From contig JAQFVV010000008.1 in assembly GCA_028023455.1 (NCBI GenBank), positions 15,996,001-16,060,000 of the forward strand: 64,000 nt of DNA, in the 5' to 3' direction. Each line of letters starts with the position of its first letter. Position 1 is the stretch's first letter. Shown here in pieces: positions 14,550 to 28,942 of this stretch. The notes beneath the pieces were generated by a model that searched no databases, was not told the DNA's origin, and worked only from the letters and a program-made list of their open reading frames with translations. The DNA comes from Epiperipatus broadwayi. Taxonomy: Eukaryota > Animalia > Onychophora. Both the position numbers and the translations under genes were made by a program.

Positions 14550-15094
14550 TATCAACAATTAATGTGCTAGTATAGGAGATGTGATGCTAAATGGTTTTAT
14601 ATATTAATTGCTTTTACAATTGTTTTTAAATAAAGGTGGAAGTATTAATGTGACTGTGTATTTTTTATTATATATGTATAGGAAAATAATAAACTATTGA
14701 TTTTAATCATAAAAACAGCTTTATATAACTGAAAAATTTTCATAGAATTATTGCTGATCTTCAATTATAAGCAGATTTTGAAAAAAATATTTGTTTTTTT
14801 TTTCTAGTAGGGGGAAAAAAACTTGCTAGATTTATTTTAGTTTGAAAAATGTTTTTGATTTGTTGAATCCTATATGCTAAGCTAGTTATTTATTTAAACC
14901 ATATATTTGATTAATTTAAAAAATTATAAATATTAATATTTAGTGAATTTTAAAATTAACAAAAAATAATTTGTATCAACACACTAACATCTCATAATTA
15001 CCCAATATGAATATTGCAAGTCTGTTATCTTCAAAGTATGGTTTATTATTAAATAGATAATATAAATAACATTATAAAATTTTAAAACCAACAA

Positions 15095-15592
15095 AACATC
15101 ACATGATCACCATTTCCTATGTGTACACAAATTGTTATTAGCAAAAGCATTCTCCAAACAGTAGTGCCACTCAGTGCAAGCTTTAGTAATCAATGGATGC
15201 AGAAAGATTTGTACATAAAATCCCTATCTAGTAGTTTAGTTACTCACCCAATATCTCCAGACTAATTTTTAGTTTGTAGCTTTCATCAGTGAAGAGCTTT
15301 GGATCTGAGAGCATTGCACCTAGATCTAAGGATCTATACAAGCAAATGTGCTTGATTGGAAATGTTAGTGTTTTCATCTTGAGCTCCTAGCTTTATAGTT
15401 AAATAAATAGGTAAAAGGTAGCAGCTGAAGAGATCCTTAGATCTAAGTGCAGTGTTCTCAGATCCAAAGCTCCTCACTGATGAAAGCCACAAGTTAGAAA
15501 CTAGTCTGGGGATATTGGATGAGTAGGCACTAGATATGGATTTTATGCACTAACCTTCCTGCATCCACTGACTACTAAAGCTTGCACTGTGG
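15095..15592. mobile_element. family A fold-back, copy 2 (more diverged)
   Basis: Inverted arms at about 15170-15340 and 15430-15592. Plus-arm core CTGATGA(15477-15483)...GAAACTAGTCTGGGGA(15497-15512). Confidence 0.85.
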
Positions 15593-16899
15593 ATACTTTG
15601 TTTTTGCCATAAAGTTTTAAGCAATATTGTAAATAATACGCAATACATTTTATTTTAAAGAATTCATTGTGAAGTGTTTGTTCATTTAAGGTGTATATGG
15701 AGTTTTTATATTTTTAAACTATTTACTACATATTTAAATCTACAAAGTAATATAAATATTATCTAGTGCACATTTGAGCTCCAGTCTTACTCTGAGCTGG
15801 TATCAAAATTCTTAAACAGATCATATAAAACGTGAATTTTAACACACACATTTTTAGCATATATATAATAAGTACTTTACCTAACCATTAAGATATAAAC
15901 AAAAATAAATACTTAAAAAGATAGTTAAATTATAATTAACAATTTTATAAATGATCAAGTTTATTACACTATTTAAATTTAAAAAAATAAAAAATCTAAA
16001 AAAATAAAATCATTTTTATCTTCTTTTTTTTTTATTAAAAGGGATATTTTCTATCTTATATAAATATATTAGCTAAAGGCTAAGAGATTAACCCCTTTCT
16101 TTCTTTCTTTTAAAAGAATTAGTAAATTTGGATAATGAATTTATCCTCTCCACTCTTTTCAGTGATTTTATACATACAAATGTTTTTAAAAATTACACAA
16201 AATAGATTAATATTTTGCTATAAAACTTTCTTCTTTATTCTTATTATGAAGAAACTTACTAAAATAGAAAAGGTGCATGACAATAAATTAGAAAATCCAG
16301 CAATTACTTTATGAAGTAAAAATTAATATTTCATTTTTATTATTTTCTAATTTTTTTCCCAAATGACTTTAAATAGAGCATTGAATGATGAAAATGTTGA
16401 TATAAACAATTGTACCATAAAGAAGCCTTAAAGTAATAATAAAATATGAAAGTATACAGATATATTTAATATATATATATTAGTGTATACATAAATTTTA
16501 TAACTAAATATATAAATAATATGTACTGTATACTTTTTTTATTTAAAGAGATTTAAAAAATCTCAATTTATTGTTAATATCATTTCATTTTTTTTTTTTT
16601 TTTTACAAAAAAGAGAGAAGTTTGGTAATTATGCATAAACGTAAAGGTCATATATATGTTTCAAAGAAATATAGATGAAAATGGCATTCAATGTATTTAA
16701 TATCTGCTGATTTAATTGTATGCCGTCTGGAAAAAAAAAAAAGTAAACAAAAAGAAAAATTTGTAAATAAAATGAAATTTTAATTTTTTAATTCATATTG
16801 AAAAAACTATAAGATAAGTGATCCATATACTTGAAATTATAGTAATCAACTTATTATCGCTTTAGATATTATATATTTTGTATTTTATCAGTTTTCATC

Positions 16900-17589
16900 A
16901 ACCTATTATTTATCAAGCGCACAGGCAGTATGTAATTATAAAGGCTTTAATCTTTTCCACAGATGCTTTAAACACTTATAATAGCCAAACAATATAGTTT
17001 TATGACTATAGAGGGAACTTTCAAATGTCAACAAAAGATAGGAGCTTTATAAAGATAAGATTAGCCATCTTATTTTTAACCTAAATTCACATCTATATAG
17101 GCCAATCTGAAGCATCTTGATTTGAGACCGTGATGATGTTACTCACTTCACATTTAAATCCACTATTTCCTTTTTGACAAATTAACATGCAAAATCTTGC
17201 AATTTACAAGTTAATTACAGATTGCCTGTGTGCTCGATAAATAATTCAAACATTACATTTGTTTCTATATTTCCATTAAAAAGATCATAACATTAACTCA
17301 TTGTAAATCCCAAGATTTCGTGCGTTAATTTATCAAAAAAAAAAATAGTGGATTTAAATATGAAGTAACATCTCCATGCTCTCAAACCAAGATGTTTCAG
17401 ATTAGCTTATATAAATGTAAATTTAGGTTAAAGATAAGACAGCTGTCTTATTTTTATAAAGTCCCTATCTTGTGTCGAGGTTTGAGAATTCCCTCTATAG
17501 TAAAAAAACTACATAGTTTGGCTATTATAAACATTTAAAGCGCTTGTGGAAAAGGTTAAAGTCTTTGTCTTTATAATAACCTATTATTT
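16900..17589. repeat. compound inverted repeat A-B-A'-spacer-B' flanked by a 12-bp direct repeat
   Basis: A 16905-16938 / A' 17212-17245; B 16938-17210 / B' 17301-17574. AACCTATTATTT occurs at 16900-16911 and 17578-17589. Confidence 0.85.
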
Positions 17590-20500
17590 GCAAATATGTA
17601 TATATTTAATTATAATATAAAATACTTAAATACAGTATTTTTCTAATTTATAATATTAAAAAATTCTTATTGACATCATTTTCATTTTAAATTTTCTTTA
17701 GTTTAACATATTTTATAAATGCTTGCTAATTTTTTTTAAAAAAGATGGCTTCTAACAATTCATAAGCTTTTACTGTCATTGCTTTATATTTATCCTTTTC
17801 CAAAACCTATCATCATAAGTTTGGAAGAGAGAAGGGAGTAACTTGGTAAAACACTAGTATTTTAATTCTTACTAGTAGCCTATTATATACAATACTGCAG
17901 TAAATTTAGTTTTTTTAATTTTTTTAAATCTGTTAATTATTCATTAACTTAATCAGTAATAAATAAATCATTAACAAACATTCATACAAAAAAAAAATGT
18001 TTCCAACACATTTTTCTTTTGATTCTAAATACAACAAATAAAAAATATAGAACACATAATGTAGTATTTTATATTTTATTTATTATTAAGAATGTGCATA
18101 TTTAACTAATTTTAAATCTTAACATATAAATATATGTAAATATTTATATATATGATTGTGCCCATTCTAAATATTTTTATTTATGTAAAACTATCATCGT
18201 ACCATTCTCCAAAGTTGTAAGCCAAGCATAAGCTATTATTTCCTAATTCATGTTATTCACTGAAGATTTTCAAATAACATGCGATAGATGCAAAGGTTCC
18301 ACTGTATAAGATGGAACAGTTGGATATTAGCTTTTTAATATTTTATAATTTAAAATAAATATTTAAATGTTTAAATTGGGACAATCCATTGTTTTACATT
18401 TAAAAATAATTTTTTAAAAAAGTACATAGATGTATTTAGATAGGTAATATATGTGAATTGATACTGATAGTAATAATATGAATATATAGTTTGTTTTAAT
18501 ACATACATCAAAATAAAAGTTTCATGTTGTTGAATATATTATGGATTGATATTGAATGATCTCCAGAGCAGAGCTAACTGCCAATTGGATAGGTCTTCAG
18601 TTAACAGATAACAGAAGTATTCTAAATATGAAAGTTAGTGGTGAAATAAATATACTCAATGAATAAGCCATCCTATCATCAGTTTTATGAATCAGCCTAT
18701 GGTAAAGATAATACTATAAGAAGCTTCAAATGATCAAAGTATTCATGGAAAATGTCAAATTTACCTACCACCATTTTAAACTAAATTCAATGTGGGAACT
18801 TCTCTAATTCCTCAAGTTGTTATCATTACATCCTTAAAAAAAAAACAACGGCAATCTTGATATCTTCATGTGCTTGGCATTGGTACTACAATGTGGAAAG
18901 CACAATCATATTACTCTTCATATCATAGAGAAATTAAATTAATTAAAAGATTGATGTTTTATTTGGTTTATGCATTTTTATTAATTAAATTGGAATAGAC
19001 TAATAGTAAATAATGCATATGTTTAATTTTACAAGGTATAACTATCAATTCTTATAAAAATGCAGAAATCATCTGATCTATTTTATTGTTTTATGCAAAT
19101 CAGTATATGGATGGGAGATATAGTCCCCATATTTATGCAGCCAGATAAAATATCAATAATCTTAATGTATGACTAATGTTAATACACATATCATGTTATA
19201 TCTTAATCTACAAGTCGTAAATTTCTCATATTCACTCATTTAACAATGTCTTTATATAAATATTTTCAATGATTATTACAAATTATTTATTAAACTATAG
19301 ATTATTATATCAAATTTAGCACAGATATAAACTCCAAACTAAATTAATAATTAAAATTCATTATCTTTCTTCTCCCATATATAACATCTTATATAGTGAA
19401 GCTATGTGCACTACATTAATTAATTTCATTGAAGTGGATGACTGAAGGGAGCTTAAAGGTCTGGTTCAAACCCCCTCTAATTACATCTAGCTTAAATATA
19501 TATACTACACTTGTATTTAAATATTACATATTCAGCCAGTTATCTGCACATCCTTATGTGTACTTAAATGGTCTTAAGGTCCTACATATGAGGAATCAGA
19601 ATGACTTACAGTCAACATAGATATGACCACAAAATTGACAACAAGGGCTTTGAACATACCATCATCAGATTTTCAATTATATAGATGGCTTAATAATTGA
19701 AGAGTGGAGAAGTTTGAAGCCTGTCCATTAAAGTTGAAGATTTGCTATTTTAAATATAAACCGAGTACTGATTATATATGTGTGGGAGATGATCTGGATC
19801 AATTGATGAATGCTGGTTCAGCACAAAATTTGTATATTGGAGATCATTTATCTTTTTCACATGTATGTGGTAGTGTGTATCAGTTATATAAGATGAAGTG
19901 GATGACTGAAGGGAGCTTGAAAATCTAGATTCAAATCCCCTCTAATTATTTAAAAAAATATAAATTAAAAAAAAATAGCAATATTAAAATTTGTAACTGT
20001 AATAAATTTTACAAGTATTTATCATCAATAGTTTCTCAGCAATCGTTTTTGTTTTGCAGCACTCCTACTAGTTCAAAAATGACTTTGTAATAATGTTTCA
20101 AAGGATTTTATTGACCAAAAATTGAATAAAAATTACATTAAGCTTTTTTTTTTTTCACTACATACATAGGATAGTATTAGAACTTATAAGGCTACATATT
20201 ATGGTCTGTGGAGTTACATATTTAGATAAATAAAAACAATGTAAAAGTTAGTAGCCCTTTTTGTCTTTGCTTCTGAGGATCATGTAGTTGAATGAATATT
20301 GTATGAAGTAATTTTGTTCCTTGTTTGAATCGCCTCTTAACTTATTCTAAAAGGTATTTGGGTACCTTCTAAGAATTACTATCATAAAAAATGTGCATCT
20401 GGGGCACCACAATGTGTATATAGGAAGAATGTGGATGTCTGAATCTTAGGAAATATACCCAAATCCAACATTTGGAATATGAATTGTATATTAACATTGG

Positions 20501-22904
20501 GCTCATGGAATAAATTGCTGTGCATATATTCCCAAAAGTATGCTAATGAAAAAGTAAGTGTAATTGTGTTCCTATGTCTCTATGACAAACCCTGCACTGG
20601 GAATCTATGGTATCATTGTTTTTTGTATTTATAAAAATGTAAGGTTGGCAATGTTTATCAATTTAATGTAATTAAAAAATTAAAATATTTCAGTTCAAAA
20701 AATCAGAACTTGAATATACATATTAATTGTTTGTTATTTATGTTTATATTAAGTTGAGCATTGACATTTGTCAGAAGTGGATATAGTAAAAAGTACCAAT
20801 TCCTAATAATAATACTTGTTCTCATGTGGACAAAAGTTAGATTATCAATAGATAACAATGAACAAAGGAGAGATTTCCAGTATTCTATAATAGAGAGATG
20901 TCTATGGGAATAACCTTAAATACCATTTCTAAATGTGCGAAAAAATTTTATGCATACTGATATTAAATTAGGAGTTTTTGAAATTTTGTTTATTAACTGA
21001 ATTTTTCCATGTTAAAATATGGTTAATTTCTAAAAGTTTGGTATAGTATAATATTTCATTTGATAAAATATTTTCTAAATATAATTTATAAGAATTCTTA
21101 TTTTTCTTGATAAGTAATAAAACAAAAATTATTAATTTATAACTAAAGAAAAAAATTATGTTCAAAGTGGACAAAAAGAACAATTCATCTCTTACATAAA
21201 TAATGAAAAGAGAAAAACATATTTATATCATGATTGATTATATTCCTAAATGGCTAAAATTATAACAATATTAAAATATAATTTTTTTATTAGACAATGA
21301 CTTTATAGATAGAAATTACAAATCGATAAAACATTTCTGGTGGATGTTATTATATTGCATCCGAAAGTTTAGTCTAAAAGAAGAGACTGATACTTCATTG
21401 TCTATTTTATTTTTTTTAAAAAGTATGGTACATCAAGTTTTTCATTATTTTTTGACTAAATGTGAATGAATGAACACACATAGTACAAATATAAAGACAC
21501 TTTCTCAATTTATTAATAACATTATTTTTTTTAAAAAAAATTGTTTCTATTACATTCTTAATTTGTATGTGCATAATATACACATTAAAAAATCTATATT
21601 ATAACAGATATATATGTATGTTAAAAAATACTGTATGCTTATAATAAATAATATCTTTTGTATTGTAATCAAAGCTTATAAAAAACAAAATGTGAGCTAT
21701 TATCCATTATATATAATATATGCAGAGATCTTAAAATAAAATATAGTGGATATCATGGGATGTATGAAAAGGCTTGAAATAAAATATAGTGAATATTATG
21801 ATTCCATTGCATTTTGAAATCATACTTCTATTCACCTAATGCTTCAAACATGAATAAAGACATGAGAAAAAATAATAGTGATGTTAAACAAATGATACCA
21901 GGTGGTTGTGTCTAATCTTTAATTTAATAATGATTCATGCTAATCATTGGTGCATTTATTTAAAACATTATTCTCAAATGAGTGAATGGAAGAAATGTGG
22001 CATTTGAAAATTGAGTTAATTTGTTATAGATAAATATTTAACAAAGATGATGTTATGTGAGAAGTTGTGACTTGGTTCAACTGAAACACACTACTTCAGA
22101 TAGAAACACATTTTGTACACTTTTTTCCCCCATTGTTTTTATTCATATGTAGTAGAAAAATTAAAATTATGAAATTTACATAAATTATATTGTATAAATC
22201 TTGTGAATAAATGATGATATATAAGATATATGAATTATATAAATAGAGTAATACAAGATAACAAGCATATTTAAATGATATTGCATATCTTTTGTCTTTG
22301 CAAAACACATCTGTGCTACATTAAATAATAGTAAGTGTTAATGAAAAAAAAATGTTTTATCTACATACTATACTATTTCTCTTATTTTTAGAATTCTTGA
22401 ATTATCTTGCACTTTATCCTTCCTGTTATTTATTTAGTTTTAATTAATAATTTTGATGCTATCAAGTAGAATAATTCTTATAGAAAAGACTACTATAATT
22501 ATAAATTTTGCTATATCCTTGAAGTATAAAAATATTTGATTACAATTTAACTATATATAGAATCTACAGTTACTGTTACACGATGATAATTTGATTATAA
22601 ATTTATATATTTTATAATCTGATACAAAATTTAATTTGAGAAAAGAACCAATATTTATGCTTTCTATAGACTAATGTTTTTCTCTAAATCAGTCATATGT
22701 ATATAAACTATATCACATATACTTATATGGAGTTATAAGAGTTATTATAGTAGCTTAAAGAATAGTTAATCTAGATATTTTAATTTAAAATTAGTTCATA
22801 ATAATTTCAAGTATATTAATACAAAATATTTTATGGCAGCTTAATAATTTTTTTTTCACACCTTTATATTATCTACTGTAAGCTTTAGTACCTAATATAT
22901 ATGC

Positions 22905-23130
22905 TAGATGATAGTGCTTAATAAATCCCTAATATCGCCCAACTAATTCATGTTTGTCTTTTATCATTGAAAATCTCAAAACTAGTTTGAAAATATTGGA
23001 TAGTACAATACTGGATAGGGATTTATTAAGCACTACTCAAGCTGTAGTAGATAACAGAAAGATGTGAAGAAAAATTTATGGTGCTGAAACAGCAATGAGT
23101 AAACTTAAGTCATGTGATACAATATATTCA
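22905..23130 (+). mobile_element. decayed family-A-related unit (subfamily A2) with short fold-back
   Basis: TAGTGCTTAATAAATCCCTA/TAGGGATTTATTAAGCACTA inverted pair with an eroded AAAACTAGTTTG core. The 3' part matches 27790-27915. Confidence 0.55.
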
Positions 23131-26100
23131 GCATATTAAATACTTATTTTTTTACATTGCTAAAGCTTCTTGAAAAATGCAAACAAAACTTTTGTTTAGT
23201 GATTAGTTTTTTTTTATTTTATCTTTATTTTCTTGTAAAAAACAAATCAGTTTATATATAATAATTAGTTTAGGTCATCCTTCCTATTCATTTCTTGATA
23301 TAAAATGCATGGCAGCTTATTCAGCAATCTTTTCTTTCACATTTTTCAAATAATGTTCTATAAAATTAAACAATTAAATGCCTATCTTTTTTACTGTTAT
23401 GGTAAAATCAAGTAGATAAACATTTTTCAAAAGTTAGTGATTCAAGTTTGCTGTTGCTATTTTCTAGAAAAAAATTAAAATCATAAATTAAATACAAACA
23501 ACAATATCAAAAGATAAGCGTGGGTTCACATCAATCACTGGTAGGCACTTAAGAATGTTTTTTATTATTTTAAAATTTGAATATACTCATTTTTTACTAA
23601 ACTAAATAAAGTAAAAAATTACGTTTCCAAATAATTCAATGAAATGCAAAGGTCATTCCAATTGTCCCACTAAATAATAGTGGAAATGAAGTCATTACTG
23701 ACCAGGCTTGCCAAATGTCAAGTTAAAAAATTTTTAGTGGTTTTTCTTTTTTGTAGTGTTATCTAAGTCATTTATCAATCAATAATTATATGGTTAGCTT
23801 AATTTGCTATCTGGAAAAAAAATTTCAAGCCTGTTTAGAATTTGAAATAAATTCCAACTTTATCTGATTCAAATTCAAGCCTGTAAAACATAGAAAGCAA
23901 ATATCATAACCAATATCCTACAACGCTCTGAATGACATGTAAATTCAATATTTTTTTTTTTTTTAAATGTTACTAAGGTCACAACTTATATAAAAATGAA
24001 ATCTTTGCTAAAAGTTATCAGATTATCAATGCAGTTCAAACAAATTCAAAACTATAATTAGGGTGGCATCTCAATGGAATCTATTTAGCACTTTCTGATC
24101 CAAAATATAATTTTTATTTCTATTTATTTTTATTGATATTCAATTATGTGGATGCCACATTCCTATGAAAAGAATATTCTGGGTGAGTCGGTATCCAATC
24201 ACCATCATAATTTTCCATCAATATGCCAGCTAAAACTTCAACTTGTGAACTTGCTTCTCTGAAGAGAGGACAAATTATTACTTATTATTAAATAAAATTG
24301 AAAAGGCATGATACAGATAAATTTTAATAATTTATATTTACTAAGAAATCACACACACAAAGAAATACATATAGTTCTAACACATTATTTACAAGTAGTA
24401 TATAAATATAAAACAAAATATTCTTATGTTAATCGAGAACCAATATGTATATAAATAAAATATCATTAAATATGATTAATAGTTAATAAAATGTCCATAA
24501 ACGATTTAATTATCTCAATAACATCAGATAATAAATGCCATATACCAAGCTAATCATTCAGCATAATTTAAATATTGTATTAATAATATCAAATATATAT
24601 ACAATTAATGAAGCCTACCATTTTTCTATGGACTATAATATATCTCTATAAATCTCTTATCAAGGATTACTTTGTATCTTAGGAAATCTCTTTGTTTTCT
24701 TAAAAAAAAATTTCTTTAAAATAGCTGTCTTTTAAATTTAAATGCAATTTATTTTTCTTCTAAAAAATTCTTCTTCTTTGCTTTAGTTCTAGGCTGTAAA
24801 CTATCATCTTGATCTAAAAAAAAATACAATTCTGCTAGATTCATATTCTAACAGTAGACAATCAAGACATATTAATCACAAATTATTGCTTCTAAAAATA
24901 GCAGTATTAATTCCAATCCTTAAGCATTGGCATTTCTCAAGCAGTGGTCTCAATATTAAAAGCCTCTACATGTTTACAGGATTAAAATATATATACTTTA
25001 GCAAATTAGACAGGCATGTGTTAAGTTTCTATAAAGCATATTATGTAGAAAACTAGCAGTATCATCTAGAAAATAACTTTCCAAGCCTCACAAACTGCCA
25101 CTGAATTTGTTTTATACTGACTAGCATTATAATCTATTCCTTTTACTGTCACAGATAGTAAAAGTCTCTTAAATTGATAGTTTGTACATAAAATATTCTG
25201 TTGACTGTCTTCCTCTTTACCTTTAGCCTAGGCTTGCTTCGTCTTGTAAACTCACACCACATGCTAAAATATGCCTTTATTCACCTGTTCAATTATAATG
25301 TTTTTACTTTTCTTTTTTTTTTAATTAAGGATTATCATTTATTATTAGTTTTCGATTTTAATTAAAGAATTCATTTCTCGTGCATATATAAAAAAAAAAA
25401 ACTAAAGTTTTTTATTTATTTTAAAACATTTCTAACTTAAAACTTTAATTAAAAGATTAACAGCTGCATTTGGAATGCACATTAATTGCTTTCTCAATAT
25501 AATACTTGCAAGCATCTTAATCTATTGCTTATCACTAAATTATATTACCATTTTCTATTTCCCAAATTATTGGATGAATAACAACAAAATACAAACAAAT
25601 TCTTCTTTAATCTAATTAATTCCCATTCCTTACATAAAACAAAGCTTGCTTTTTCTTGTGACAGAAAGAGAAAAAAATTATTATTATGTCAATCCAGTAT
25701 CTATTTTTAATACATATTTCTAAACTAAGCACTGAATCTATTTATAATACATGCACATATATTCACCTACAGATAATTAAATATTTAAATCATAAACTTA
25801 GTTGAGGTTGGTTTTTTTTTTGTATTGGGATTTGCATTTCAAAATAGTTTTTTTTTTTTTCCTTTTTTGAAAAAAACATAGCAGAAAAATTTATAACAAA
25901 GAATGACTCCATTTTCAGAGTCTAATTCATCTTTTATCTTTTGTTATCTTCATTACTTACTTTTATTTACATGGTATGGATATATTTAAACCCAATAGTA
26001 TATTGTATTTCTATATTAAAATATATATATTTTTACTATAATCTCAATAATATCTACTATTGTACATAAAAAACAAGTACTTTTTTTTATTTATTTGTAC

Positions 26101-26689
26101 ATACGCGCATTTAGAAACAAGAATTTGATATACATTTATCACTATTACAGTGCCAATTCCTAAACTTTATTTATAAAGTGCTTATAAAATAAATTACTTA
26201 CTTAAAAACTCTTCAGATATTTAAAAAAAAAAAAACTACTTTGTTCATAGATAGAATAGTTGCTCAACACATTTTGCATGTGAATCTTTCAATAACCAGC
26301 ATTCAGAAACCCTATAATTTTCAACTTTTTATCTTTTATCATTATTTGATGGGGTCTCAGCAGCCATTTTTGTTAACACTAACCAAAAAAAAAAAAGTAA
26401 ATAAAAATTTCAGACATAAAATAGCAAATTATATTATATATATATATATATTTTACAGCTGTTATCTTTGAAACAGCATTTGCATGGATATACATATTCA
26501 AATATACAGTATATAATTATGCTTTTCCATTCCTTTTTTTTTTTTAATACCAGCATATCAAAATGAAATAAAGTTTTAAATATAATGATATAAATTTTAA
26601 AAAGTACAGTTTTCAATGATTTTATAAAAAAAAAAAAACAAGATAGATTATCTTGCAATATGAAAAGATAAAAATATAATCTGTTGTGG

Positions 26690-27160
26690 AAACAATTGGT
26701 TTTTGAGATATGGGTCAATAAAACCTTAGATTAAAATATATATATAATTTTTTTTTCATTATTAATCAAAATAGCATAGTCTAAATTAGTGCCTCCCAAA
26801 ATGAATGACATTGCCCCCTTGTGAATGCTGGAATGATTCAAGGGAAGCTCAGGTGCAATTGGGGGTATTGAATAAAAATAAGGTTGCAATGGGAGCATAA
26901 AGAAAGAAGATAAGAAAATTTTAAAAATTGTTTGTACATATTTCATCTGTTGTATAACATAAAGTTAATCATAATGATTGCTTTATCTTCCAAATAAACA
27001 CATAAAATGCAAAGTCTGTCAACAAGTTTAATAAGCAAGAATTGGTATGCGGGCAAGTCACATAATGTCAGAAAGTCCAAGATGCATCAATAGGAACATA
27101 GGCATTCAACGACTTGTTTAAAATGCAATATGTGTGACATCTAATATAAATTGTTTTTAA
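26690..27160 (+). mobile_element. possible piggyBac transposase C-terminal remnant
   Basis: Frameshifted DIA.VNA.MI (cf. LDIAVVNAW) near 26810-26840, followed by CKVC and CNMCD...NCF resembling the Cys-rich C-terminal domain. No TTAA/TIR identified. Confidence 0.4.
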
Positions 27161-27659
27161 ATTATATGGCAAGCAGTTATACAATAAGGCAAGTGCAATA
27201 ATTATTTAAAAAACTTTTAATTCAAATTCACTTTTTACAGATTAGAGATCACATACAAAGAAAATTGTATTATTGGTCTTTCAAAAACACAGTGATTTAG
27301 ACATTTTTTTTTTACATATTTTCTATATCTTCTAATGCTTCCTAAGATGCTTATGTCTGTACAATGTTTGAAGTATACAGTCAATATATTTGTCATATAT
27401 TTTTATGCTATTAATGAAAACAGGCAACTGAAATTCTATCGAATCATCTGTTAATTGACAAATTTTAAGGCTTGTACTAATAAAGAAAAACTATTTATAT
27501 AAGAGCAAACTGAAGTAAAACTATTATATTGATGTATTTTTAAAATTAATTATTTCATGATAATGATTTTTGATAATTAATGCTGAGCAAAAAACAAAAC
27601 CTATTTTATTAGTTTCATCATTATTTTAGTTTGACTTTTGCCATCTTACATAAAAACCA

Positions 27660-27915
27660 CTGTGTACCTGATGTCATGGGAGCTATTCTAAAGGTCCAGA
27701 CACTGTTTCAAGATCCAAAGGTCTTCATTGATGAAAGCCACAAGCTTAAAATTAATCTGGGGATATTGGACAGGATAGCAGTAGGTAGAGATTTAATAAG
27801 CACTATCATCTGCATTTATTAATTAATAAAGTTTACAATAAGTAACATAGATGTGACAAAAAGAAAGTGTGCTGCTGAAATAGTATTGGGTAAACTAAAG
27901 TCATGTGAGAGGATC
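27660..27915 (+). mobile_element. decayed subfamily A2 unit
   Basis: TCTTCATTGATGAAAGCCACAAGCTTAAAATTAATCTGGGGATATTGG is an eroded family A hammerhead. The downstream part is shared with 23000-23130. Confidence 0.55.
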
Positions 27916-28696
27916 ATGATATTTTAACATCTTTTTTACTATGTTGTAGGATATAGACAGAGATGCATAAAGGAATGCAAATTTTTCTGTTAATTCAAGT
28001 AAAGAAGGTAGATTGCCAGGTAGCATTAAGTATTTTTTTTATCTGAAAAAGAATTGATAAGCCAAATAAATTTGGGAATCTCTACTCAAAACTTTGTGTA
28101 CATATTTGTAAATTTGTGTATATTATAAATCATGCATATACATAAATTACATTATACTCTTTATTATCTTCTTCAATGTGCTGCTTCTTAATTATCATAA
28201 ATACATAAATTATGCAATCTTAATTACATAAAATATTTATTAAAGTATACTATGTAGTTCTAAGTATTAAGATGTTAGAATAAATTGTGTTAAAGGCAAT
28301 CTACTGCCGATAATGATCAGGGATTATATTACCTAGTTACAAACTTAAGCTTTAATTTGTCTTTGAACAGAAAATTATTAATGAAAATGCAATATTAAAT
28401 TTAAATTTGTAATTTATCAAAAGTCTAAAATAAGAGATGTAGGTTGATATATATTAGAAACAAATCCAGCAAAAAAAGGAAAATGAAAGCTTGTCAGAAA
28501 ACAAAAGTTTTGTTTGTTGTTATATATTTTTAAAACCAATAAACATCATATGATCACCATTTCTTATGCTTGCTTATAACTGTTATTAAAACAGGCAAAA
28601 CTCTATATGTATTGCCACTCAGTGCAAGCCAGGGTATTCAATGGACTCCAGAAGGCTTGGGCATAAAATCCCATCTAGTGCCTTACTCATCCAATA

Positions 28697-28738
28697 TCCC
28701 CAGACTAGTTTCTGGCTTGTGGCATTCGTCAGTGAGGA
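28697..28738 (-). ncRNA. hammerhead motif (family A), antisense arm
   Basis: Minus strand reads TCCTCA CTGACGA ATGCCACAAGCCA GAAA CTAG TC TGGGGA. Confidence 0.6.
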
Positions 28739-28900
28739 GCCTTGGATCTGAGAGCACTGCACCTAGATCTTAGACCTTTGAAAATATTAGTGTGTTCAAT
28801 TTAAGACTCATAGTTTTGTAGTTAAGTAGAGATAAAAGGTGGCTGCTGAAGGGTTGCATTGGATCCTAAGATCTAGGTGTAGTGCTCTCAGATCCAAGAC

Positions 28901-28942
28901 TCCTCACTGACGAAGGCCACAAGCCAGAAACTAGTCTGGGGA
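28901..28942 (+). ncRNA. minimal type-I hammerhead ribozyme motif (family A)
   Basis: TCCTCA CTGACGA A-GGC-CACAA-GCC-A GAAA CTAG TC TGGGGA. All core nucleotides are present and the predicted cleavage is after GUC. Confidence 0.72.

Noticed and set aside
20390-20480. RNF213/ZNFX1 RZ-finger-like CASGH..YIG.ECG
   Set aside because: It needs two frameshifts and lacks the downstream CxxC.
24090-24260. Splice-like signals on both strands (GG|GTGAGT plus; TTCAG acceptor minus)
   Set aside because: No frame joins the phase-1 donor at 47585 without a stop, and no motif was recognised.
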